Below, piece by piece: positions 55,290-63,917 of a stretch of 64,000 nt of DNA. The notes under the pieces were generated by a model that was not told the DNA's origin, ran no database searches, and saw only the letters and a list, made by a program, of their open reading frames with translations. Source of the stretch: a virus; IMG/VR virus record IMGVR_UViG_3300049027_000140, positions 1 through 64,000 of that record; one strand, 5' to 3'. Numbering within the stretch: the stretch's first letter is position 1; the number at the start of each line of letters is the position of its first letter. The position numbers and the translations under genes are program-made.

Positions 55290-55317
55290 TTGACATCGTA
55301 GCGCCATGCGCTACTAT
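55290..55317 (+). promoter_or_regulatory. promoter TTGACA-16-TACTAT with operator GTAGCG-N5-CGCTAC
   Basis: ATG 55324 lies 6 nt downstream. Confidence 0.75.
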
Positions 55318-55323
55318 GTCGAC

Positions 55324-55905
55324 ATGAGCAACGGTGCTGCGGCGGTCTTCGGTGAGGTGGCGGCGAACGACGTGTGTGCGACGGTCTCCGAAGACCGCGC
55401 TCGCCGGCTGGAGCCTGAGTACGCGCGGCTCCGCGAGGTGGCGAAGGGGCACTGGACGGGCGCCAAATACGACAAGGAGCGGCCGTTCACGGAGACGGCG
55501 AAGCTCATCCGCAAAGAGCTCGCCGCGGCGTCGAAGGCTGACGGCGTGCTCCGCGGCGTGAAGTGCACCGTGAAGTCCGGGTGGTCGACGTACAAGCGGT
55601 CGCTCGACATCAAGATCGTCGAGGTCGCCACCGGGGACAAGATGCCGATCATGAACCCGGCCCGTGTCGAGCGCGAGATGCGGAACCCGCACGCCGCCGT
55701 GCTCGGCTGCTGGCTCTCGAAGCGCGGGAAGGAGATCGAGAAGGCTGTCGAGACGATCGCGCGTCAGTACAGCTACGACAAGAGCGACTCGATGTCGGAT
55801 TACCATGACACCGCGTTCCACATCTCGGTGACGTTCGCGAGTGATGTGCAAGCGTCGCACCGCGCCGAGGTCGAGGCCGCCGTGCGGATGGCCGGCCGGG
55901 TCTGA
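55324..55905 (+). CDS. large-polyvalent-protein-associated domain (LPD29-like) protein, leaderless
   Basis: GAKY...ETAKLIRKEL...VKCTVK...SLDI...YSYDKSDSMSDYHDTAF. Confidence 0.7.
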   Translation: MSNGAAAVFGEVAANDVCATVSEDRARRLEPEYARLREVAKGHWTGAKYDKERPFTETAKLIRKELAAASKADGVLRGVKCTVKSGWSTYKRSLDIKIVEVATGDKMPIMNPARVEREMRNPHAAVLGCWLSKRGKEIEKAVETIARQYSYDKSDSMSDYHDTAFHISVTFASDVQASHRAEVEAAVRMAGRV

Positions 55906-55983
55906 CGCGAGCCCACCGACAACCCACCACGCCGCGCCTGCATCCGGTCCGCCGGTGCGGGCTTTCGGCGTCGGGAGGGGGCC

Positions 55984-56196
55984 ATGGTGGTGCAGTGGAG
56001 CTTGGAGATGCTCGAGGCGACGTGGCGGCGGCAGGGGCTCGCGGTGGAGCGCGGCGGCATGGTGCGGGCGCGCTGCCGCGGCGAGGTGGTCGAGATTCCG
56101 TGCGAGCTCGTGGGCCGGGCGGCGAGCGGGCGGACGGTGATCTGCGTGGCCGGGCGGCTGGAGCAGTTCGACCCGGAGGAGGTCGTCGATGGGTGA
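55984..56196 (+). CDS. hypothetical protein
   Basis: GGAGG RBS. Confidence 0.55.
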   Translation: MVVQWSLEMLEATWRRQGLAVERGGMVRARCRGEVVEIPCELVGRAASGRTVICVAGRLEQFDPEEVVDG

Positions 56197-56476
56197 GCAG
56201 TACTGGGCCGAGGTGACGGGGGAGAACGAGACGTACGTGATCGCCACCGGGGACGCCGCGCCGGTGGCCGAGATCGTGGCGCACTGGACCCGGGAGCGGG
56301 AGCGTGCGATCGACATCTACACCGGGGAGAGCCTGCCGACGGCGCGCCGGGTCGACCAGCTCATGAGGGCGCTGGACGGCACCCTGCGGCGGACGCAGCA
56401 CGGGCGGGAGCTCGTGGCGCGCGGGAGCGACGCGGGGTGGCTGGAGGCGATTCGGGCGACGGGCGCGGTAAAGTAG
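56189..56476 (+). CDS. hypothetical protein
   Basis: GGAGG RBS, overlap. Confidence 0.6.
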   Translation: MGEQYWAEVTGENETYVIATGDAAPVAEIVAHWTRERERAIDIYTGESLPTARRVDQLMRALDGTLRRTQHGRELVARGSDAGWLEAIRATGAVK

Positions 56477-56490
56477 GGCCCATGGAGCGC

Positions 56491-56517
56491 GAAAACCGCC
56501 GGGACGTGCCCGGCGGT
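56491..56517 (-). terminator. intrinsic terminator between convergent units
   Basis: ACCGCCGGG-N5-CCCGGCGGT followed by TTTT on minus strand. Confidence 0.7.
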
Positions 56518-56540
56518 CTCGCTCTGCGACTCGGCGGAGG

Positions 56541-56849
56541 CTAACCTCCCGGCGCGCGGCCTCCAGGTGGACCACCGCCGCCGCCTCCACCCTGCCCATC
56601 CTCACGCGGCCGCCCCTTGAATCCGGTGTCCTCGGCATGCGCAGCTCCGCGAGCATCCCGCTCGTCTCCGTGCCGGCCGAGGTCGGACTGGTAGCCGACG
56701 AGGTAGGCGCCGTTCTGCGGGCGCTGGCCGTTGCGCGCTGTCTCCCAGCGGTCCACGCCGATAACGGCGAGGCATTCCTCCGGCGTCGGCGTCCGCTCCG
56801 GGTCGGCGTCGGCCACGCGGATCACGAGGTGCAGGGTGCGGATGGCCAT
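56541..56849 (-). CDS. hypothetical protein (end of late operon)
   Basis: follows 56852 gene by 2 nt. Confidence 0.55.
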   Translation of the reverse strand: MAIRTLHLVIRVADADPERTPTPEECLAVIGVDRWETARNGQRPQNGAYLVGYQSDLGRHGDERDARGAAHAEDTGFKGRPREDGQGGGGGGGPPGGRAPGG

Positions 56850-56851
56850 GG

Positions 56852-57871
56852 CTACACCGCCCTCTCGTGGACCTTGAAGCTGCCCGGCTCCGCGGCGCGC
56901 GCGCCTGTCGTGACGACGGTGTACTCGTACACGCCGGCGCCGCGCTCCTCGGTGATCTCGACCTGCACGTCGAACGTCCCCTCCCCGGTACGGATCACGG
57001 CATCGCCATCCCCGCTGGTGGGCGCGACCCCATAGACCAGATCGAAGCTATCCCCGAGCGGGGTGCGCACGCTGACGGTGAGCGACGACGGGTCGACGAA
57101 CTCGCCGGCGCGTGTGCGGACGGTGATGCCGGGAATGACGGCGGTGTCGCCGATGTGGAGTCTGGCCATGGGCCTCGTCAGGGTGATCGTGTGGGTGGAG
57201 GCGACCGCGGGCAGCGCGAGCTCGTAGAGGGCGCCTGCGCGCGGCAGCGTGAGAAAGGCGGGCTCGTCGTCTTCGCCGGAGGTGACCAGCGAGCCGGTCG
57301 CGTCGGCGGTGAGCGCCGGGAGCGCGGCGGAGCCGGTGCCGACGAAGCGGAGCGCGCCCGTCGCCGCGGCGACCATGGCTGGCAGCGAGACGGCCGCCGT
57401 GCCGGCGAAGACCAGCGTGATGGTTCCGGCGCCCGCGGCGGCGATACCCGGGAGCGCGGCCGCTCCGGTCCCGGCGAAGCCCAGTGCGCCGGCGGCGTCG
57501 CTCTCCAGCACGCCCAGAGCGACCGCGGCGGCGCCGAGGAAGACCTGCAGGCCGTCGCCATCGGCGGCGGGCGCCGGCAGGGCAGCGGCCCCGGTACCGG
57601 AAAACCCCAGCGCCCCGTCCCCCTCGCTGGCGACCGTCGGGAGCTCCACATCGGCCGTGCCGGCGAAGGTCTGGCTCCCCTCGCCCGCGGCCCCCAGCGC
57701 AGGCAGCGCCACGGCCGCGACGCCCACGAAGACCAGCTGGCCGACGCCGGCGGCGGTCAGGGTCGGGAGCTCAGCCTCGGCCGCGCCATCGACCGGCGGC
57801 GGCGCATCGCCGAGCGGCAGGTCGAGCGGCCCCGCGCCGGGACCGCGGAGAGCGATGTCGAGCGCGGCCAT
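56852..57871 (-). CDS. virion-associated protein: ~21-aa Gly/Ala repeats plus C-terminal BppU-like Ig-type domain
   Basis: repeats GxxxFxGxxxxxLPxxxxxGx (~7 copies); IGDT...VDPSSLTVSVRTP...G.F...G.YEY. Confidence 0.65.
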   Translation of the reverse strand: MAALDIALRGPGAGPLDLPLGDAPPPVDGAAEAELPTLTAAGVGQLVFVGVAAVALPALGAAGEGSQTFAGTADVELPTVASEGDGALGFSGTGAAALPAPAADGDGLQVFLGAAAVALGVLESDAAGALGFAGTGAAALPGIAAAGAGTITLVFAGTAAVSLPAMVAAATGALRFVGTGSAALPALTADATGSLVTSGEDDEPAFLTLPRAGALYELALPAVASTHTITLTRPMARLHIGDTAVIPGITVRTRAGEFVDPSSLTVSVRTPLGDSFDLVYGVAPTSGDGDAVIRTGEGTFDVQVEITEERGAGVYEYTVVTTGARAAEPGSFKVHERAV

Positions 57872-57874
57872 CGC

Positions 57875-59821
57875 TCAGCTCGGGGTGAACGGCAGGGTGC
57901 GACCCGACTTCGTGCCGTACTCCGTCTGGGCGTACAGCTCCAAGGTGTCGCTGTAGAAGGTGAACGAGTATCCGCCGCCGACGGCGCTCGTGGTCTGGTA
58001 GAGGAGCTCGTCGTTGTCGGCCCGGTGGACCTTGATCACGGCGCCGGACCCGTCCCCCTCGCTGGCGAAGTCGGAGAGCGTCCCACTCTCGCTGACCGTG
58101 ATCGTGTGATACGTGATGCTCGCGACGAACGACGAGAAGCCGCCGTGGCTGTTGGTGCCGTCCAAGAATCCAGAGATGCGCCACGTGCGCGAGGTCTCCA
58201 GCTCGAGCCGGTTCGGGTCAGGGTCTACCGGGTGCCGGTAGAAGTGCGCTGAGGCGTTGCACCACGGCGTGTTCACCGAGGTCTCGTTCGACACGCAGAA
58301 GCCGTTGGTCAGCAGCGTCTCCCACCCGTCGCCGATCCCCTCTCCGCTCTGGCGCTCGGCCAGGAGCGCGAGCATCCCGCGGCCGGCCTGCAAAAAGTCG
58401 ATCTTGAAGCCGAGGCAGGTGACCCAGTATTCGCTCTCTGGGATCGCCGGCTGAAACGTGTAGTCCCGGACCGTGGACGAGCCCACCGCATCCGTCCCGC
58501 CGCCCCACAGATCGATCGTGTGGTTGTGCGCGCCGGCGCCGTCGGCTGCCAGATCCGACACGTAGTTGAGGATGAGCATCGAGGTCCAGCCGTAGCCGGC
58601 GCCGCCGCTGCCCGTGCTGGTCCGGTACCAGGCCAGCGTGATCTCGTTCTCCCCGCGCGCGAGCGTCACGCCGCTGCCCGCCGCGGCGCCGGAGTCGAAC
58701 CGGTGGCACACCGTCTGCTGCCCGGCAGGGCTGTTGTACAACGTGCTCGGCGTGTAGGTCCTGTGGCTTTGCGAGCCGACAGCGATATTGAGGCCGGCGA
58801 GCGTGCTGTTGGGCATGTTGTAGGCTGCCACCACCCCGCTCTGCTTCAGCGTGATCGTCCCCGGCTCCTCAATGGGCACCACCATCGAGACCTTGGACTG
58901 GAGCCCAGATGTGGCCCCGCCGAAGTTGCCCGGCTCGGTGGGCATCGGCATCTGGAGCGAGTTCAGAAGCTGCGTCGTCGTGTCGTGGTCGTAGGTGTAG
59001 GTGACGTAGAGCAGAGCGAACAGCTGCGGGAACTTCCCTGTCGCGGTGCCGCGCGCCTTGAAGGCGTGCGCGGTGGACGTGGCCATGTCGGTCCGCTTCC
59101 AGACGGCCTCCAGCCACGGCGACGAGTCGAGCGCCTGCTCGCAGACGCCGAGCGTCACCTCGCTCTCCGCATCGAGCGAGACCGCGAGCGAGAAGTCCGT
59201 GGTCCCCGAGGCGTGGCCCTCGTTCGCCATCACCACGAAAAAGATGTCCCGGATGGTGATGCCCGCCTCCGGGAGGAGCCCGCCGACGCCGGTGAGCTGC
59301 GGGATCTGGTTCGTCCCGATCTCCGCGAGCGAGTCGGTCAGCGTGCTCGCCGCACTCTCCAGCGGGATGCAGACGCTCTTCGTGCGGGTGCTCGCGCTCG
59401 CGTCGTCGTAGCTGTACGTGATGACGAGCCGCGCGCTGTGGTTGATGGTCGGAAGCGTGCCGAACTGCACCGCGACCTGGACCGAATGCGAGGTGCCGGT
59501 GAAGTTGGTCTGGAGGTAGCTCGTGACGTCGCGGCGGAACCTGAACGAGTCCTGGTCGCCGCTGGTGCCGATGGTCTCGACCTTCGACTCGTCGTTCCAC
59601 GCGACGGCATCGACTCGGATCCCGATGAGCCGGCTGGTCATCGACGTGGCCGCGGTCTCGTTGCCTCGGCAGGCGACCTCCAGGTACGCCGACACGATGG
59701 TGCGGCTCGACGTCTCCGCGATGGCGACGGTGATGGCGCCGAACTCCCGGCGCGTGGCCGCGGCGAGCGCGGTGGCGTCGGTGGTCCAGCCGTAGGTGAC
59801 GGTGCTGGTGCGGATCGCCAT
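57875..59821 (-). CDS. large Ser/Thr-rich beta-structured virion/tail-associated protein
   Basis: 648 aa, Thr/Ser/Gly-rich, in late cluster. Confidence 0.7.
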   Translation of the reverse strand: MAIRTSTVTYGWTTDATALAAATRREFGAITVAIAETSSRTIVSAYLEVACRGNETAATSMTSRLIGIRVDAVAWNDESKVETIGTSGDQDSFRFRRDVTSYLQTNFTGTSHSVQVAVQFGTLPTINHSARLVITYSYDDASASTRTKSVCIPLESAASTLTDSLAEIGTNQIPQLTGVGGLLPEAGITIRDIFFVVMANEGHASGTTDFSLAVSLDAESEVTLGVCEQALDSSPWLEAVWKRTDMATSTAHAFKARGTATGKFPQLFALLYVTYTYDHDTTTQLLNSLQMPMPTEPGNFGGATSGLQSKVSMVVPIEEPGTITLKQSGVVAAYNMPNSTLAGLNIAVGSQSHRTYTPSTLYNSPAGQQTVCHRFDSGAAAGSGVTLARGENEITLAWYRTSTGSGGAGYGWTSMLILNYVSDLAADGAGAHNHTIDLWGGGTDAVGSSTVRDYTFQPAIPESEYWVTCLGFKIDFLQAGRGMLALLAERQSGEGIGDGWETLLTNGFCVSNETSVNTPWCNASAHFYRHPVDPDPNRLELETSRTWRISGFLDGTNSHGGFSSFVASITYHTITVSESGTLSDFASEGDGSGAVIKVHRADNDELLYQTTSAVGGGYSFTFYSDTLELYAQTEYGTKSGRTLPFTPS

Positions 59822-59824
59822 GGG

Positions 59825-60130
59825 TCAGCGGGGCGGCTCGACGTGGCCGATGGCGCGGAAGACGATGCCGGGGAGCGCGCGCGGGACGCTCGGCACCGGC
59901 GTAGCGGCCTGCTCCGGCGGGGGCGCCAGGCGCGCTGCGAGGTCGGCGTGCTCGGGCGCGAGCTCCACGGCGACGGGCACGACGCGAAGCCAGCCCGGGC
60001 CGTGCAGCCGGTCGAGGCGCGCCTGCTCGGCAGCGAGGCGCTCGTCGGACGGCGGCGCCGAGAAGAGCGGGGCGAAGATGGTCCCGCCGCGCTGGTGACG
60101 GAGGGCGAAGAGGCCAGCCTGCGCGCTCAT
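59825..60130 (-). CDS. hypothetical protein
   Basis: ATGA coupling. Confidence 0.55.
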   Translation of the reverse strand: MSAQAGLFALRHQRGGTIFAPLFSAPPSDERLAAEQARLDRLHGPGWLRVVPVAVELAPEHADLAARLAPPPEQAATPVPSVPRALPGIVFRAIGHVEPPR

Positions 60131-60525
60131 GAGCCGATCGGCTGCGAGACGGTGAAGGACGAGATGGATATCTCGGCGCCGACGTCCCAGAGCAGGCCGG
60201 GGAACTCGATGTCCCCACCGCCGCCCGTTGCCGTGACGGTGAGGTCGGCAACCGCGGTGCCGCCGCTCGTGACCGCGCGCGCCCACGCCACGGTCCCCTG
60301 GGTGCCGACGGTGCCGGCCACGATGGCGTTCGCAGTGGCGCTGGCGCTCGCAGCGGCCGCGAAGGCATCCGCGTTGAAGTCGAGGGTGACGAGCAACTCC
60401 TGGGTGGAAATCGCCGTCTCCGGCGTCGCGGGCCTCGATCCGTCGTAGAAGCGGAGCTCGCCGCCATCCAGCAGCGCCGTGAAGACGTTGATCATTGCGT
60501 TGCGAGAGGCGACAGATGCACGCAT
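60127..60525 (-). CDS. conserved small phage structural protein (RNAxxD...LxxYxGxxP...GTAxWxR...ISSF type)
   Basis: SRNAMIN...LRFYDGSRPATP...GTVAWARA...ISISSFTV; AAAGGA RBS. Confidence 0.75.
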   Translation of the reverse strand: MRASVASRNAMINVFTALLDGGELRFYDGSRPATPETAISTQELLVTLDFNADAFAAAASASATANAIVAGTVGTQGTVAWARAVTSGGTAVADLTVTATGGGGDIEFPGLLWDVGAEISISSFTVSQPIGS

Positions 60526-60623
60526 GCGTGTCCTTTCGAGCCGGCTCGGCCGGCGTGAGGCGATGGGGGGCGCCGACGCGAGAGGGCGTCAGCGCGAGGA
60601 GGCTTGATGGTGGCGAGCGGCGC

Positions 60624-61337
60624 TCAGCCCGGGAACGAGCGGTAGACGCCCGTCATCCGGTGGGCGTACTGGTCCGGCGTTTCGGTGAACCACACGAGTT
60701 CGCCGAGCTTGAGCGCGGCGTCGTATGGGCGGCCTGCGTCGAAGAGGGGCAGCGCGTCCTCGTAGGTCTTCGACATCACGCGCCAGTAGTCCGCCGAGCC
60801 GGCCTGCGGCGTCCCGTGCGCGCGAAACAGCATGTCGCGCCACTCCCACCGATCCGGGTTCTGCTCGATGCGCTCCTGGACGCGGATGACGTACACCGAG
60901 CCCTGCCAGCGGAAGCCAGTGATGTTGCCGAAGTTGTTGCAGTAGACGTGTTGCCCGCGGCCGTTCTCGAGCGCCACGTGGGCCCAGGCGACGGCGAGGC
61001 GCGACCGTGTCGGCTGCGCACCGAAGACCGCTTCGTGGCCCCGGGCGAGAGCGTTGGCGAGGCCGACCTCGGAGAGCGGCGTATGCACCTTCTCGACACG
61101 GCGGCGCTCGGCCTGCGGCGGCGTCGCCTCGTCGGCGAGCTCGGCTCGGGTCTGCGGCCCGACGATGCCGTCGGCGTGGAGGCCGCGGGCTGCCTGGAAG
61201 GCGCGCGCGGCGGCCTCGGTCTTGCGGCCGAAGATGCCGTCGCTCGGACCAGGGTCGTGCCCGCGGGCGCGGAGGAGGTCCTGGACGGCGGCGACGTCCG
61301 CGCCGGAGGAGTCACGGCGAAGGATGCGCGGCCTCAC
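60624..61337 (-). CDS. endolysin: PG-binding domain + glucosaminidase/lysozyme-like domain
   Basis: DVAAVQDLL...DGIFGRKTEAA.RAFQ...L.ADGIVGPQT; ALENG...NNFGNI...FRAH. Confidence 0.8.
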   Translation of the reverse strand: MRPRILRRDSSGADVAAVQDLLRARGHDPGPSDGIFGRKTEAAARAFQAARGLHADGIVGPQTRAELADEATPPQAERRRVEKVHTPLSEVGLANALARGHEAVFGAQPTRSRLAVAWAHVALENGRGQHVYCNNFGNITGFRWQGSVYVIRVQERIEQNPDRWEWRDMLFRAHGTPQAGSADYWRVMSKTYEDALPLFDAGRPYDAALKLGELVWFTETPDQYAHRMTGVYRSFPG

Positions 61338-62170
61338 GCGGCCCCCTTCTGCCGCAGCGCGCAGTTCGGCGGGCACGTCCGGTGGCACGCTCCCGCGGGC
61401 GCGCCCTCCTTCTCGGCCAACCGGTGGCGAGCCTTCTCGAGCGCCCCGTTGAGGCGCGTGCGGTCCGCCTCCACCGTGTCGATCGCGTAGAGCAGATCCC
61501 GGAACTCGGCCTCGTGGTGCTCGTGCGGGACCTCGAGACGAGCCTGGATCACACGGGCCCACGTCTCCCCGTCGTGTGTCGCGTGCAGGTGCGCGGTCAG
61601 CGCGAGGACGACGGACTCGAGCGCGGCTACCTCGCGAGAGACACGGCGGGTCAATGCGTCGAAGCTGCGACCCCCGCGCTTGAACGAGATGGCCGCCGGG
61701 AAGAAGTCCCGGATGTCGCGCTCGGGAATCCGCGTAGCCCTGACCGTCGGCGTGCGGCCGGGTCCCGTGCGGACGAGACCGAACATCGCCTCGATCTCCC
61801 ACAGCCCGAAGTCCTCGGTGTGCGAGATGCACACCCGATCGAAGCGCTCGGTGAAGCGCGCGGCCTCCTGAAGACCCGTTGCGATCTTGACCACCGCGTC
61901 GCCCAGAAACCGCCACTCCCTGAACTGGGCCATGTACTGGCCAGGCACCTCGCCGTCGTAGAGGTCGTGGCTGATCTGGACGAGTTCAGCCCGATCCCCC
62001 TCTGTGGCAGCGATCATGATGGCACGCCGCCCGGGGTGCTCGATGCGCCAGAAGGCGGCGCGAACGAGGATCTCCCGCTTCCGACGGCTGCGCTCGCCTT
62101 CGAGCATGAGGCATTCCTCGTCCCCCTCCACGAAGCGCGCCTCGAAGCTCTCGAGCGTGGCGTCGGTCAT
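61334..62170 (-). CDS. degenerate terminase large-subunit ATPase-like domain with unrelated C-terminus
   Basis: colinear with TerL N-terminal ATPase (see findings) but Walker A = EGERSRRKR and Walker B = CISHTEDF. Confidence 0.6.
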   Translation of the reverse strand: MTDATLESFEARFVEGDEECLMLEGERSRRKREILVRAAFWRIEHPGRRAIMIAATEGDRAELVQISHDLYDGEVPGQYMAQFREWRFLGDAVVKIATGLQEAARFTERFDRVCISHTEDFGLWEIEAMFGLVRTGPGRTPTVRATRIPERDIRDFFPAAISFKRGGRSFDALTRRVSREVAALESVVLALTAHLHATHDGETWARVIQARLEVPHEHHEAEFRDLLYAIDTVEADRTRLNGALEKARHRLAEKEGAPAGACHRTCPPNCALRQKGAA

Positions 62171-63585
62171 CCGTCGAGCCATCCAGCGCCGCGGAATTTC
62201 GGGTCCCGGAGATCACGATCCATCTCGGCCACGCGGTCACCCTTCGCTCCGCTGTTGCCCTCGACCGTTTTGACCTTCGTGCCGCTGACGGTCCGGCGCT
62301 TGATGCCGACGTGGCCGCGCCAATCGTCGCGCGTCGTGCGGTCCCAGAATATGAGCATCCCGTCGCGGAGTTTGAGCGGGTCCTTGAGCAGATCGTCGGC
62401 GTCGATGAAGCGCCCGGCGCGCCGGAACTGCGCCTCGAGCGTCTTCGCGCCCGCGCTCCCGATGACGGGCGCCACGGTACCAATCGCCTCTGCCGCGTCG
62501 AGGATCCACGAACTCGCCGTGACGGAGCACCAGTCAGCAGGCGGCTCGATGTCGAAGCGGCGGAGATATTGCCCGATGCGCTCGCCGTCGTTGGGCCGCT
62601 CCTCGCAGACGCCGGCCTCGAGGTCGGCCACGGCGCGCGCGAGCGCGGCGGCCGCGAGTCCATCGGGCGGCGCCGCCGGCTGCGGCCGAGGCCGCACCAT
62701 CTCCGCGGCGGCCCGCGTCTTCGGCCCGACCACACCGTCGGCCTTGAGGTGTGCGTCGCCCTGGAACTCCTTCGTGGCGCGCTCGACCAGCGGCCCGAAC
62801 GCGCCATCAGGCGCGCCGGGGTCGTAGCCCAGGGCGATCAGGCGCTCCTGCCAGGCGAGAACGTCGGGCCCCTTCGCGCCGCGCTTGAGCGCCCGCGGCG
62901 GCTCGCGCTCGGTCGAGGGTGGCTCCGGCGTGTCGCGGCTCTCGGTCGGCGCTGCGCCCCCGCTCGCCATGGCGTCCGCCGCGAACGTGGGCCCCCACCC
63001 ATCGCGCGCGGCGACGTGCTCGGCCTTGTCGTCTGTCGCGACGTTGTGCGCGCGCACGAGAAAGCGCCCGCCCTGCCCACCGGCGAGCTTCAGGACCTCC
63101 TCGGCGACCTTCGTCGTGCTCGCTACGTTGCCGTAGGTCCGGACGTCCGTGTGCCCGATCCAGAGCGTCGAGCGCCCCGCCTTCGCCTCACGCGCCCAGT
63201 CGACCAGCCACTGCACGCCCGCGTCGCTCGCGGTGTTGTCGCGGTCCAGCGTCGTGTGCCCGCCGTCGAGCAGCACGAGGCCGGCGAGCTCGGCGCGGTC
63301 GGCCGGCCGCATGGCGCGTGCGAGGGCGTAGGAGCCCGACCAGCAGACGAGCCACGTCGAGGCGTAGCCCTGCCGCGGCGGCTTGTACTTCGCGAGAAGG
63401 CCGGGTAGCACGCGGCCGTTCTGGAGGCAGGCGTGGGCCAGCGCGTCGTAGGCGGCGCTCATGCCGGCGTACGGCGAGCGGATCGGCACGACGTCCACGT
63501 CGAGACCACGAGCCGCGGCGGCAGCGCCGAACATGGGCGCGACGTCCGGCGTGGCGTGCGCGAGGAGGATGAGGTGGTGGCTCAC
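62167..63585 (-). CDS. modular lysin: alpha/beta-hydrolase + PG-binding + CHAP domain
   Basis: LVCWSGSY nucleophile elbow, LVLLDGGH; DVLAWQERL...DGAFGP...ADGVVGPKT; DWCS...GHVGI...TVEGNS. Confidence 0.8.
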   Translation of the reverse strand: MSHHLILLAHATPDVAPMFGAAAAARGLDVDVVPIRSPYAGMSAAYDALAHACLQNGRVLPGLLAKYKPPRQGYASTWLVCWSGSYALARAMRPADRAELAGLVLLDGGHTTLDRDNTASDAGVQWLVDWAREAKAGRSTLWIGHTDVRTYGNVASTTKVAEEVLKLAGGQGGRFLVRAHNVATDDKAEHVAARDGWGPTFAADAMASGGAAPTESRDTPEPPSTEREPPRALKRGAKGPDVLAWQERLIALGYDPGAPDGAFGPLVERATKEFQGDAHLKADGVVGPKTRAAAEMVRPRPQPAAPPDGLAAAALARAVADLEAGVCEERPNDGERIGQYLRRFDIEPPADWCSVTASSWILDAAEAIGTVAPVIGSAGAKTLEAQFRRAGRFIDADDLLKDPLKLRDGMLIFWDRTTRDDWRGHVGIKRRTVSGTKVKTVEGNSGAKGDRVAEMDRDLRDPKFRGAGWLDG

Positions 63586-63917
63586 GGGGTGGCTCTTGGC
63601 GGCGGGATGGTCAGCGCGTCCGGCTCGGTCGGGTCGGGGTCCGGCGGCTCCTCGCCACGCAGGGCGGTGCCAGGGAGCGGCCGCGAGGGAGCGCTCGCTC
63701 CCGGCGTAGCTCGGCTGAGCCGCTCGTCGATGCCGGCGTGGCCCCGCGCCGTGATGTCGGCGTCGGCGCGCTTGGGGAAGTTGTCCGTCCTGCGCGGCGT
63801 GGGCGTGGCCGGTTTCGGGGTCGGCTTGGCGGCCACGCGGTTCACGAGGAAGGCGCCGATCGCGGCGACAGCGACCTCGGCGAGGAGCGTGCCCAGTTTG
63901 TCCCAGGGGAACTTCAC
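63582..63917 (-). CDS. single-TM protein upstream of lysin (holin/lysis accessory candidate)
   Basis: N-terminal TM, Pro-rich tail; GTGA coupling to lysin. Confidence 0.55.
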   Translation of the reverse strand: MKFPWDKLGTLLAEVAVAAIGAFLVNRVAAKPTPKPATPTPRRTDNFPKRADADITARGHAGIDERLSRATPGASAPSRPLPGTALRGEEPPDPDPTEPDALTIPPPRATP

